DNA from: Mobula hypostoma
Lineage: Eukaryota
Assembly: GCF_963921235.1 (NCBI RefSeq)
Contig: NC_086108.1
Span: 57,972,001 to 58,036,000 of the forward strand
Direction: 5' to 3'
Length of the DNA stretch: 64,000 nt
Program-made: the position numbers and the translations under genes
The notes under the pieces: generated by a model
The model's input: the letters and a program-made list of their open reading frames with translations, nothing else
Database searches by the model: none
What the model was told of the DNA's origin: nothing
Shown: one piece after another, positions 52,090-64,000 of the stretch
Position numbering within the stretch: position 1 is the first letter of the stretch
Layout: the number at the start of each line of letters is the position of its first letter

Positions 52090-52955
52090 ATGGCAGCCAT
52101 TGTTGGAAGAATCCCAATGGAGATGAGAGGATGCACCCGGAGTGAGATATACCAGCTAGTTGAGTGGTGTTGCGGCAACAGCCTTGGACTCAATGTCAGT
52201 GAGACCAAAGAGTTGATTGTGGACTTGAGGAAGGATAGATCGGGTGAACACGAACCAATCCTCATCGAGGGATCAGAAGTAGAGAGTGAGCAACTTCATG
52301 TTCCTGGGTATCAAGATCTCTGAGGATCTAACCTGATCCCAGCATACCAATGCAGCTATAAAGAAGGCAAGACAGTGGCTATACTTCATTAGGAGTTTGA
52401 GGAGATTTGATTTGTCACCTAAAACACTCAAAAGCTTCTACAGATGAGTTTTCTGACAGACTGCCTGGTATGGGGGAGGGCTACTGCACAAGATCAAAAA
52501 AAGCTACAGAAAGTTGTAAAATTAGTTAGCTCCATCTTGGCTACTAGCCTCCGTAGTATCCAAGAAATCTTCAAGGAGTAGTGCCTCAGAAAAGCAGCTT
52601 CCATCATCAAGGACCGCCACCACCCAGGACGTCCTCTTCTGATTGTTACCATCAGGAAGGAGGTACAGAAGCCTGAAGGCACACACTCAGCGATTCAGGA
52701 ACAGCTTCTTCCCCCAAGCCATCCAATTTCTAAACGGACATTGAACCCATGAACACTACCTCATTTTCTTTAAATTTCTGTTTTTGCGCTACGTATCTTA
52801 ATTTAACTATATAATATATATATATATAAATATACTCACTGTATTCAGTTTTTTTCTATATCTATCATGTATTTGCTGCCACAAAGTTAATAAATTTTAC
52901 AACATCTGCTGGTGATTATGACCTGATTCTGATCCTAATTCTAATTCTGATTCTG
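52090..52955 (+). mobile_element. Rex1/Babar 3' fragment
   Basis: Peptide LNVSETKELIVDLRK; (gattct)n tail. Confidence 0.8.
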
Positions 52956-53971
52956 AAGAAGAAATACTCATCTATCCACCAATAATCAGTGGTGTGGTTT
53001 GGGAGGGGTGCATGATGTGATGGGTGAGGAGGAACAGATGGTGGAAGGAGGGATGCAAGCTATCTGCCATCTTACACTTTTAAATAACAATGGTTTATAC
53101 TGCAATAGTACATTTGAAGGGTAAATGATATTAATTTTAAATACAGCAAAAATGACTTAAATAAGTGACTGTACTCACCATCAAAGAGGCTGTATTTTAC
53201 TTCCCTTGTGCATAAACATGAAGAAACTTCAACACATGTATCATTCTAAGTTAAGGAAGAACTCTTGAAGCTTTGAATGGTGATTTTATGTCATAAATTG
53301 CTGAGGTGTTGATGTTGTTTTATTCAGTAAGAATGTAATGATATTCACCTTTTTTCAGACTTGTACACCTTTCCATTTCGTACCATTATCTGGTGGTAGG
53401 TAGGAAACAGAATTGGAGTCAACCACCACTTGCAATACGCTGCTGGGAAAGAGAACTTGAACAAATCTGTATCAGAACATAGCGCACCAAATTCAAGTTC
53501 ATGAATTTTAAAAACATATGAAATTGGTTAATATTGTTGAAAATTTTTCCTGATTACATGAGGATTTCAGTGCAAAAATAGCAAGTGAACAAGAGTTTGC
53601 TATTTTATAATTAACCACATACAGATAGCAAATAGACTGAGAATGGGTATCATTTGGTGAATTAAATTATGAATCCGTTAATTAAAATAGTAATCCTGGT
53701 GGATTTCTGTATTGTAGTTAAATAAGTGGTGTTTTCCTGGACCAATGAATAAAAAAACAACGACAAACATCAGACAGGTTCATGTCTTATGGTTGTCACT
53801 GGCAAGATTAGTACTTACTGTTCCGACTTAATTGTAGAGAAAGGCTAAGAGATCTCCTTGAACCATCGCAGTTGCTGTGCTGCAGGTGTTCTCAAGTTTT
53901 ATTGTTTACATCTTCCCAGTCTGACCCAGAAATAATGAAAGAAACAAGTCAGGACAAGGTGTAAATTGGAT

Positions 53972-54890
53972 TAAACCAGAATCAGTTTTATTATTATTGT
54001 CTTATATGACATGAAAAATCTTGTTTTGCAGCAGCAGTACAAAGTCGAGTAATAAAATTGCTTTAAACTACAAGATAAATAAATAGTGCAAAAAAGTAAT
54101 AATGTGTTCATGGACTGTTCATGAATCTGATGATGGAGGGGAAGAAGCTGTTCCTGAATCATTGGATGTGGGTTATCTGGCTCCAGTACTACCTCCCTGA
54201 TGGGAGTAATGAGAAGAGGACGCGTCCCAGATGATGACGGTCCTTAATGATCGATACTGCCTTCTTGTGGCACCACCTCTTTACAATGTCTTCAGTGGTG
54301 GGGAGCATTGTGCCAGTGATGGAGCTAGCTGAATCTACAACTCTCCAGATCCACTTGTCGTCCTGTGTATTGGGGCCTCCATATCAGGCAGTGTGCAACC
54401 AGCCAGAATCCTCTCCTCTGTCCACCTACAGAAAGTTGCAAGACTCTCTGGTGACATAACAAATATCCTGAAATTAGAACCACTAGTGTGTCTTCTTCAT
54501 GATTGCATCAATGTATGGTGCCCAAGACATATCCTCGGAGATATCGACACCCAGAAACTTAAAGCTGCTCACCCTTTCCACCACCGACACTCAATGCAGA
54601 GATTAAATGTGCATTCTCCTGACCTGACTCACCTTTCCTGAAGTCCACAATCAATTCTTTGGTCTTGCTGACAGTGAGTGAAAGGTTGTAAGTGCAAAAC
54701 CATTCAACTAGCTGATCCATCTGACTCCTGTAAGACTCTCGTTGTCGTTTGATGTTTTACTCACAACAATGGTGTCATCTGCAGGTTTATAAATGACATT
54801 TGAGCTGTGCCTAGCCACACAGTCATGAGTGTAGAGAGTAGAGCAGTGGGTATGCATGTATCCTTGAGGTGTTCCTGCATTGATTGTCAA
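53972..54890 (-). mobile_element. Rex1/Babar 3' fragment
   Basis: Minus-strand peptide GTPQG..YTHDCVARHSSNVIYKPADDT; tail ccagaatcag on + strand. Confidence 0.78.
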
Positions 54891-55369
54891 AAGGGGGAAC
54901 TTGTGTTCATTGACCCCCCCCCCCCCACTCCGTATGTGCCTTCTTTGTAGTCAATCTCATTTTTGGGGCCTGTTTTCAGGTGGTAATGTCAAAGGAGCCT
55001 TGATCATTTGTAGCAGAGTCTTGTCCACAACAAATGTGTTGTGCAGATGCAGATGGACTGAATACTTAACATGGTGAAGATGGTCTGAAACAAGTAGATT
55101 CTTTTTCTCTTGAAGATGGTAAACATCTTGAGCATTGGAACTGTACTCACTTGGCTAAGTGGAGAGTGTACACAATGTTGTTTCCTCATGTGTCTTTTTG
55201 ACGCTGGAAAGGCAATTGAGAGGGTCAAAAGATAAAGCACTGTTCCCTGTGACCCAGCCTCTGTCTAGCAAAGCGACCAAGCCACCCAGCGACTTGCTCT
55301 AGGCCCAGATTTTGCGACCTAGCCCGATGCTGTTCTCAAGCTCTTCAAATCAGCTTGGCGCCCAGTGCA

Positions 55370-55580
55370 ATCCAACCTCACTCCCGAACCAGCTGTACAG
55401 GGACCTAATCTCCTCTACCCGGACCCCGACTTCTCCTATCGGCACCCAGAGTGATCATACCTCACTCCTGGGCCAGCTGTACGGGCACCGAATCTCCTCT
55501 GCCTGAACCCCGACTTCTCCTATCAGCGCCCAGAGTGATCATACCTCACTCCCAGACCAGCTGTATGGGCATCGGAACTC
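55370..55580. repeat. 84-bp tandem repeat, ~2.4 copies
   Basis: cctcactcc recurs at 55376, 55460 and 55544 with conserved ccagctgta; the first two units also carry ccccgacttctcctatc. Confidence 0.85.
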
Positions 55581-56344
55581 CAACTGCAATGATTCCGCAA
55601 CACACCATCTCACTCATCCCTCGATCCTGCCTCACCCCTTCATTGTTTGTTGCAATAATTTATCACAATTTACCTCAGATAAGGTATTTTAGTGATATTT
55701 TAGTTGGATTTCTTAGCTTTATGACTACCAGAAAGCTGTCACACACATTCAGTAACGTCGTCTTAACCGGAAATGTTTGACCTGAAATGCTAACCCTGTT
55801 TCTTTTTCCACAAATGCTGCCTGATCTGTTTAGAGTTTCTAGCAGTTTCTGATTTTATTATATGAACATACAAGTAATATTTTCTTTTACAAGATCGGTA
55901 CAGTGTTAATTCCATTAATAGAGTCATATATGCATGTCTCTGTGGCAGATAGTCTGATGAGAACAACGTCAAATTGTTTTTTACTTTCCCAGTGCACACT
56001 GAACTTACAGTTTGATAGGTATGTGCTTCAGGACTTGCCTGACTCAACCAATATTGGTACTAAGAAATGCTCTTCATAATATTGTAGTTTCCTTCCCAAA
56101 GTCAATTTAACAGGATGTAGTCAGCCTTAAATTAGTGGAGGGTGGATACAGACAAAATTGGCAGAGAATTAATTGAAAAAATTTATCAAACCTTAGTTGT
56201 GATTAATTGTTTGTGTATCAAATCTTAATTGTTTATATAAATGCTATTATGAGTTCAGGATGTTATCTAGCCATATTGATTCGTTAAAATTTTGACCTTA
56301 ATTCAAATGTATTAGTGATGGTGCAAAAAATTCTATTAATTTAG

Positions 56345-56419
56345 CCAGAAGTCCTGGAACAGCTGCAAAGTCTGAGGGAGCTATGGATGGACAATAACTC
56401 AATACAAACATTACCTGGG
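56345..56419 (+). CDS. LRRC7: LRRC7-like internal coding exon (75 bp)
   Basis: Acceptor ttag and donor gtaaga, phase 0. Translates [25 protein letters not shown], directly continuing the LRR from the 12615-12678 exon. Confidence 0.9.
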
Positions 56420-58054
56420 GTAAGAATCTGTAAAGCAGTATCAGAATTCTCTTACCTTACTATTTCATTACTTACTGCATGTTGCTTGGTTAATTGACTC
56501 CGTTTTCCTCTCTGAAGGATTGTTTTTCCAGAAAGCTTTCTTCACCTAAACGGGTGAACCTAGTCTTCACCTGGTCGCAAACTTATAAACTCCTTTGCCC
56601 CCGAGAAGGGTATCCTAGGTCCCTAAATTCACAATTCTTCAAGAGAGAAAGAAATTGTCTTATTTCTCTCCTTTTTATACAAGTGTACTTGGTTCTAGAG
56701 TCTCCCACTAGAGTAGGGGCCCCTGATCTTTTTTATGCCATGGAGCCTTACCATTAACAGATGTGTCCATGAACACCAGATTGGGAATGCCTTCACTAGA
56801 GGAAACACCCACGTCACATCCACTGTACCCAGACTCCCCAGGATCTAATATTTTTCAATCAACTCTTTCCTTATTTTCAAAATAAGTGTCAGCATTCTGC
56901 CTGTTTCTGAAAAAGCATAAGTGAAAATAACTGAAATGATTATTTAATTTCTTTAATAGTTGTATGCATTTGGAAATGACAGAAGATTATATGTCATTGC
57001 CTTACTAATAGTATTGGCAGAGAAGATTAGCCATTTTCAACATGAACAAAAATCAGTACAGTAAATTTCATAACAAAAATGTACAAAATATACAGAAAAC
57101 ATTTTTCATAATGTACCTTCATTGTATACTTAAATGTTAATACAACATTTTATTGCTTAATGTTTCATCAAAAATAAAGTACCAATATTTTCTATTTGAG
57201 TTTCCATACCAATATGAGCAGTTAATTTAATTCCATTTATCCATGAATTAATATATTTTGCACATAACTCTGCAGACTAGTTTTCCCAGAAATCTATTCA
57301 TCTTCTTAGTTATCTCCTTCTGTCTTCGAATTTGTTCAGCATTATTCTGTTGAATAATGTATAATGTACAAAACACAAGTAAATGGGGCTAATGACATTG
57401 CTCTGCTAGAAACTGGTAAGGACATAAGGGGAATCGAAGTGAAGATTTTGGAAACAACATGAGAAATTTAATACAAACACACGTCTGTGAACTTTCATTG
57501 AAATTATCCTGTAAGTGTTTAAGACAAAAATATATTTGGCCAAAGCGGCATTGGTTATTGGGTGTCTCAATGTTTGTCCCTTTACTTTTTAAATTTGTGT
57601 TCAAACCCAGAGCAGTTTACTTAGATAAAAGCTCACTTCTTTCTACAAAATAAAATTCAACTGTCTCAATCTAGTTCCAAACTAACTTTCTGTCCACAGC
57701 AAACTGAATTTGCTTTGTCATTGTCACTGAGAGAAAACACAAGGTTGATTATTGTCCAAAAGGAAAACAATACACCCGTTCACCCAAATGATGCAAGAGA
57801 CTGCAAATACTGGAATTTAGAGCCAAAGAAAGAGCTGCTGTCAGAACTAGGTGGAGTCAAGCATCATCTACTGAGGGAAATAGATAGTTGACATGTTGGA
57901 TCTAGAACTATTATCTGGATTGAAAGAATAGATGGAAAACATCTGGTGTAAAATGCAAGAGGAGGGCTGACAAATGTTAGCTGGATCCAGGTGAAGAAGT
58001 TTTGATTGCCAGATGAAGTCAGGTGGGATTGAGAACAGAGAGTTTTATATCGAC

Positions 58055-58680
58055 CCTTACAGCACAGTACAGTCCTTCAGCCTGCGAAGTGCTAACCTTG
58101 TAACCTATTGAGACCAGGCTAACCCTTCCCTCCTGCATAGCCCTTCATTTTTCTATCATCCATGTGCCTATCCCAGAGTGTCTTAAATGTCCCTGATGAA
58201 CCAGCTTTTACCACCACCCTGGGAGGGCGTTCCATGCACCCACTACTCTCCATATAAAAAAACTTACCTCTGATATCCTCCTTATACTTTCCCCCAATTA
58301 CCTTAAAATTACACCCATTTACACCCTGCAGAAAACATCTCTATCCTCTCAATCTTTGCCTTTTATCATCTTATACTCCTCTATCAAGTCACATCTTATC
58401 ACCTTTCACTCCAATGAGAAAAGCCCTAGCTTTCACAACCTATCCTCATAAGACATGCTCTCTAATCCAAGCAGCATCCTGATAAATCTCCTCTACGCCC
58501 TCTCTAAAGCTTTCACATCCTTCTTATAACGAGGTGACCAGAACTGAATACAATATTCAATACATGGTCTAACCAGAGTTTCAGAGCTGCAATATTACTT
58601 CATGTCTCTGGAACTCAGTCCCCTGACTAATGAAGGCTAACGCACCACATGCTTTGTTAATAATCCTATCAACTTTACTT
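58055..58680 (-). mobile_element. CR1 3' fragment
   Basis: ctatcaagtcac..gaaaagccct..tgaccagaactgaatacaatattc; antisense CR1 ORF2 end. Confidence 0.7.
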
Positions 58681-59329
58681 TGCATCTAATTATGATTTAC
58701 CTGTTCTAGAAATGCTTGATGTTGATACTTGTTAGCAAAACTGGCAAAAGGTAATACATTTAAGAGAAATAATCTTGAGCTGTGATACTTTAATATATTG
58801 AGTGTGCCTTTCTGTTTTGTCCTGTTCTTCATCCATTAAATCAAAATTATCAATTTTTGCTTCAATACGTTGAAGTAAAACTTGAACATGGTGGAGTACT
58901 GATTGTACTGACCTACTCCTGGGCCAGTTTCTCACTGCTGAACTTTTCAGCAGGTCTCACACTGTCCTACGCTACTTCACCAATCTGTACTTTGTTATAA
59001 ACTTGACCCACTTCATGTTGCGTAAAGATTGTATTTTTCATTGTGAACTCTTTAGCGCTAATATCTCATATGGGGATATTTCTTAAAATTCATTGTTAGT
59101 GAGTTTATATCGAGTTTTGGTGGAACAAATTATATAGTTTGATATAAGTTGCAGAAATAAGAGGTGTGGTTATGGACAAATCTAAATCAGAAGGGAAAAT
59201 TCTGATGTACAATTAGAAGCAATTGTGGAATAGCAAGCAAAAGAGTAATATGTCGGAAATGGTGGAAAGTAAGAGGCAGCAGAGCTCTTGGTAAACTGAA
59301 GCTGATGTTATTGAGTCACAGGTTAATGT

Positions 59330-60240
59330 TTTACAGAAATGGGCTCTTCAATATACTCTGTACATATGAATCATCAGAAATCTATCTGTACTTACTCATC
59401 TGCCCGTAACCTTTAATGCCATTGTGATTTAAGTTATAATCTCCTACCTCCTCTAACCCCTTGAGCAGTTTTGTACATAATCCAACTACCCTCTGGCTGA
59501 AAAATTCCTCTTAAAATATTCTCTAAACTTCTTGCTCCTTACCCTAAAACTATGCCTTCTAGTTTTAGACACCTCTGCTATGGTGAAATGGTTTCTACTG
59601 TCTACCCTATCTATGCCCCTCTTAATTTTGTATGTCATCACCAGGTCCCTCCCTCAGCCTCCTCTCCTCCAAGGAAAATAGATCTAGCCTATCTAGTCTT
59701 TAGTCATAAACTGAAACGCTCTATACTCGTGTTTCTTCTCTTGACTTTCCCAGTGTAATCGCATCTTTCCCCCATGCAGTGACCAGAGTGGTGCACGGTA
59801 ACAGGTGTGGCCTAACCAATGTCTTATAAACTTTAACTCCCCATCCTTACATTCTATATTACGGCTAATGAAGGCAAGTGTACTTGTTTTTCTCACCACC
59901 TTATTTGTCTGTGCTGTTGAATTCAATACGCCCTGGAGCCCTGCTATTCATTGCTGATGTCCTAGCCTTATTAATCTTCCCAAAGTGCATTTCCTCACAT
60001 GTATCAAACTGCATTGCGCTGCCCATCTAACCACTGACTATTCTCATACTGTACTCCAAACCTAGGGTCCTAGTTATAAACAACATTTTTCTGTCATCCG
60101 TGAATTTAGCAATCCTAGCTCCTCCATTGGTATCCAAATTGTTGTGACAAAAGGGAAAGGCTACCACTTGTCACAGGTTTCTAATTACATTAAAACCCAT
60201 CATCCCCTGCATCTTATCACAAAATCAATTTGGATCCAAT
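59330..60240 (-). mobile_element. Old CR1 3' fragment
   Basis: Minus-strand peptide TLAFISRNIECK; ctaatgaaggcaag. Confidence 0.55.
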
Positions 60241-61428
60241 TGTATTTGATCCCAGTAAAAGGCTTACATTTTCAAATTTAATTATCATTCAACCATACAT
60301 GAATATAGCCAAACGAAACATTGTTCCTCTGGAGCCAAGGTGCAAAACAGATTACCAACAGCACACAGCACACAGCACACTGCACATAGCACATAGCCCA
60401 AAAAGCACATGGTTACTATTTCAGAAAAACATACAGTCACAAAGAAAAAAATATAGCTCAATTCCTTGAGTGGCATGACTATAGATTTTCCTGGTCCAGC
60501 TTGTTCTTCCACTGAGCAAACACTGGAGGGCAGCACTGACTGCAAGGGTCAGCCCCCAACCCGCTACAGTTATGTGCACACCCAATAGAGGCCCTGCTGT
60601 CTCCCACACTGCCTCATTTCTACTCCCATGGACAACTACAACAGGCAACACTGTGGCCTAGGCGTAGTCCTCACCACAAATGAGGCAACTCAGCTTCGCT
60701 GCTGTCATTCTCACCAGTGAACCAGACTTGCAGTGTTCTATATTACCAATATCAAACTGGATCTTGTGATCACAATGAAAATGTCCACATCAATCCCTCG
60801 CTCCATTTGATAGATTACACACAACAGTATGCAACATGTCCAGCTCCATCGCTATCGAGCAACTCACTGATGGGATAGTCCTGTAATGCTTGATGTTCTT
60901 AGTATCCAGCAGTGACTTTTAATTGTGAAAAAGACGTACAAGATGAACAAATACACCTTCAATTGGACCCGGAATGGCCATTGCATCCAAGCGTGCCACC
61001 ATCTTACTGAACTCCCTGTAAATGTTATTACCCTCAGTACCCTCATTTGTTTTAAGAGATTTTGTTGTGTCCTCAAAAAATTGAGTCAAGTTTGTCAAGC
61101 CAGATGACCTGCAACTAAGCCATGCGACTACCATTGAATCACCTCTGCCCACTGGGCCACAACCTCTTAAGCACCACTACTACCATCATGGCTGCCCATT
61201 CCACGCAACTATCACTCTATTGGAAAAAAACTTGCCATGGACATTTTCCCTCAGTTTGCTTTCCTCTAATACTTAACATTTACAGTGTACCCTGGGGAAT
61301 AAAGATTCTGCTTATCTCCCCTATCAGTGCCTTTCAAAAGTTTATAAACTATCAGGTCTCTGTTCAGCCACTCCAGAGAAAACAAAGATTTTCTGACCTC
61401 TCCTCTGTTCATATCACTCTAATCCAGA

Positions 61429-61582
61429 GCAACACTCACAACACGCTGGAAGACCTCCCCCCACCTTCTTTATAGGGCCTCTGCCCCTTCCCTCTTCAGT
61501 CCTGATGAAGGGTTCCGGCCGGAAACGTCAGCGTGTTATGAGTGTTGCTTTGACCCCCGCATCTGCAGAGTGTTTTGTGTTT
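61429..61582 (+). mobile_element. Miniature PLE fold-back insertion (154 bp)
   Basis: TSD actctaa(t/c)ccaga (61416-61428, 61583-61595). A ~25-nt inverted arm gcaacactcacaacacgctgg is followed by a plus arm with the HHR core and tail. Confidence 0.82.
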
Positions 61583-62334
61583 ACTCTAACCCAGACATTC
61601 TTCTAACCCCCTTCCTCACCCTTTTCAAAGCCTCTCCCTCCTTCCTTTAATAGGATAACCAGAGTTGCACAAAATGATCTCAAGTGCAGCAAAACCACAA
61701 TTTCATATAGCTGCAACACTACTTCCTTAATTATGTACTCTATACCCCAAACAATGAAGACAAGCATGGATTTGCCTTCTTTCCCTCCCTAGCTAATTCT
61801 GTGGCCACTGTCAGTGAGCTATAGATCGCTCTGCCCATCAATGCTGTTAAGGCTGCTACCATTAACAATGATTTCCTCTTACATTTGACATTATACTTGC
61901 TTGGATTGAACTCTACCTGACATTTTCTTTGCTCATGTTTATAAAAATCTACATCACAGTTCTAGCAATCTCCTCTTTAGCCTCCTATATACCCCTTGGA
62001 TATATACCACCAGACTAGTGAGGATTTAGACACCTGTAAATCTGCTAATACCCACCCCTAATACCTCCTTTGGCAGTTTGTTCCAGGTGCTCACCACTGT
62101 GTGGAAAAACCTGTCCCTCAGGACCCTTTTATATCAAATCATCTGAAGTTATACCTGTCCCTTCCAGTTTTACATTCCCTGATGTGGGAACAAGGACTGT
62201 GATGATCTACCCTACTGATGCCCCTTGTGATTTTATGAACTTCCATAAGGTCAGCCCTTAGGCTCCGTCGCCACAGGGAAACAGTCCTAGTCAATCCAGT
62301 CTCTTCTTTTAACTTAAGCTCTCTAGTCCCAGCA

Positions 62335-62372
<38 letters not shown>

Positions 62373-62444
62373 ATGCACACACACACACACACACAACGCT
62401 GGAGGAACCCAACAGGCCAGGCAGCATCTATGGAAAAGAGTAAA

Positions 62445-62482
62445 CAGTCGATGTTTCAGGCTGAGACCCTTCATCAGGACTG
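62445..62482 (-). ncRNA. Minimal type I hammerhead ribozyme (PLE 3' end, 62331-62530)
   Basis: Minus strand reads cagtc-ctgatga-agggtctcagcct-gaaacatc-gactg, with intact core and stem I. A (CA)n expansion lies at the element terminus, 62334-62394. Confidence 0.82.
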
Positions 62483-62527
62483 AAGAAAAAAGTTGAGAAG
62501 ACAGAGGAAGAAGGTAGGGGGGGTGGG

Positions 62528-64000
62528 GAGGAAGAAGTACAAGGAGGTAGACAATGAGTGAAACCGGGGGGGGGGGGGGGAGGAGGAAGAAGTACAAGGT
62601 GGTAGGCAATGAGTGAAACTGAGGGTGGGGGGGTGGGGGAGAAAGAAGTACAAGGTGGTAGGCAATGAGTGAAACCGGGGGGGGTGGGGTGGGTGGGGAG
62701 GAAGAAGTACAAGGTGGTAGGCAATGAGTGAAACCGGGGGGGTGGGGTGGGGTGTGCAGGAAGAAGAACAAGGTGGTAGGCAATGAGTGAAACCGGGGGG
62801 GTGGGGTGGGGTGGGGAGGAAGAAGTACAAGGTGGTAGGCAATGAGTGAAACCGGGAGGGTGGGGTGGGGTGTGGAGGAAGAAGTACAAGGTGGTAGGCA
62901 ATGAGTGAAACCGGGGGGGGGGTGGGGAGGAAGAAGTACAAGGTGGTAGGCAATGAGTGAAACCGGGGGGGTGGGGTGGGGTGGGGAGGAAGAAGTACAA
63001 GGTGGTAGGCAATGAGTGAAACCGGGGGGGTGGGGTGGGGTGGGGAGGAAGAAGTACAAGGTGGTAGACAATGAGTGAAACCGGGGGGAGGTGAGGAGGA
63101 AGAAGTACAAGGTGGTAGGCAATGAGTGAAACCGGGGGGGGGGTGGGGGGGTGAGTAGGAAGAAGTACAAGGTGGTAGGCAATGAGTGAAACCGGGGGGG
63201 GTGGGGGAGGAAGAAGTACAAGGTGGTAGGCAATGAGTGAAACTGGGGGGGGTGGGGTGGGGTGGGGAGGAAGAAGTACAAGGTGGTAGGCAATGAGTGA
63301 AACCGGGGGGGTGGGGTGGGGGAGGAAGAAGTACAAGGTGGTAGGCAATGAGTGAAACCGGGGGGGGGGGGGTGGGGGAAGAAGTACAAGGTGGTAGGCA
63401 ATGAGTGAAACCGGGGGGGGGGTGGGGGAGGAAGAAGTACAAGGTGGTAGGCAATGAGTGAAACCGGGGGGGGTGGGGTGGGGTGGGGGAGGAAGAAGTA
63501 CAAGGTGGTAGGCAATGAGTGAAACCGGGGGGGGGTGGGGGGGGTGGGGGAGGAAGAAGTACAAGGTGGTAGGCAATGAGTGAAACCGGGGGGGGGGTGG
63601 GGGAAGAAGTACAAGGTGGTAGGCAATGAGTGAAACCGGGGGGGTGGGGTGGGGGAGGAAGAAGTACAAGGTGGTAGGCAATGAGTGAAACCGGGGGGGG
63701 GGTGGGGTGGGGTGGGGGAGGAAGAAGTACAAGGTGGTAGGCAATGAGTGAAACCGGGGGGGGGGGTGGGGGAGGAAGAAGTACAAGGTGGTAGGCAATG
63801 AGTGAAACCGGGGGGGGGGGTGGGGGAGGAAGAAGTAAAAGGTGGTAGGCAATGAGTGAAACCGGGGAGGGGGGTGGGGGAGGAAGAAGTACAAGGTGGT
63901 AGACAATGAGTGAAACCGGGGGGTGGGGAGGAAGAAGTACAAGGTGGGGGGTGAAACCGGGGTGAGGGAGGAAGAAGTACAAGGTGGTAGGCAATGAGTG
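62528..64000. repeat. G-rich ~55-60 bp satellite/minisatellite, ~27 units, runs off the window end
   Basis: Constant block gaggaagaagtacaaggtggtaggcaatgagtgaaacc plus a variable G-run spacer (g)n(tgggg)1-3. Confidence 0.95.

Noticed and set aside
53359..53395. Possible cryptic or poison exon (cttttttcag ... gtaggt)
   Set aside because: Splice-like signals alone are common in 40 kb of intron. It has no LRR similarity, and the flanking exons already join in frame.
56291..56302. U12-type branch point (tgaccttaat)
   Set aside because: The intron donor is GTAAGA, a U2-type site, not RTATCCTT.
4729..56419. ERBIN or SCRIB/LRRC1 as the host gene
   Set aside because: Recalled diagnostic residues ([22 protein letters not shown]) fit LRRC7 better. 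A BLASTP or synteny check would confirm.
62139..63994. Three ~500-aa Pro-rich minus-strand ORFs
   Set aside because: Artefacts of the stop-free strand of the satellite. All three frames are open and give the same repeating peptides.
62528..64000. CRISPR-like constant repeat with variable spacer
   Set aside because: The spacers are only G-run length variants, not unique sequences. The context is eukaryotic, with no cas genes.

Overview
Eukaryotic, repeat-dense vertebrate genomic DNA. The CR1 / Rex-Babar / Penelope / V-SINE repertoire suggests a cartilaginous fish such as a ray (inference). The only host gene I can support is three small + strand LRR-coding exons of an LRRC7 (densin-180)-like gene at 4729-4785, 12615-12678 and 56345-56419. 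The rest is intron, including one intron of about 43.7 kb. The introns are packed with nested, mostly decayed mobile elements: CR1, Rex1/Babar, an L1, a solo LTR, SINEs and DNA-transposon MITEs. They also hold a near full-length Hero-like (RLE-endonuclease) non-LTR retrotransposon and many Penelope-like element (PLE) 3' ends carrying minimal hammerhead ribozymes (HHR). Four observations stand out. (1) Four PLE insertions share one fold-back architecture (long arm with a ~33-nt tail, inverted arm without it, ~13-bp TSD in three of them), including a ~750-bp near-perfect palindrome with two outward-facing ribozymes. (2) The Hero-like element is bounded by a 55-bp terminal direct repeat and has structured, related UTR stems. 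(3) A G-rich satellite has grown out of a PLE 3' UTR next to its ribozyme. (4) Several sense-strand HHRs lie in one pre-mRNA. Boundaries of decayed repeats are approximate, read by eye; no database searches were run.
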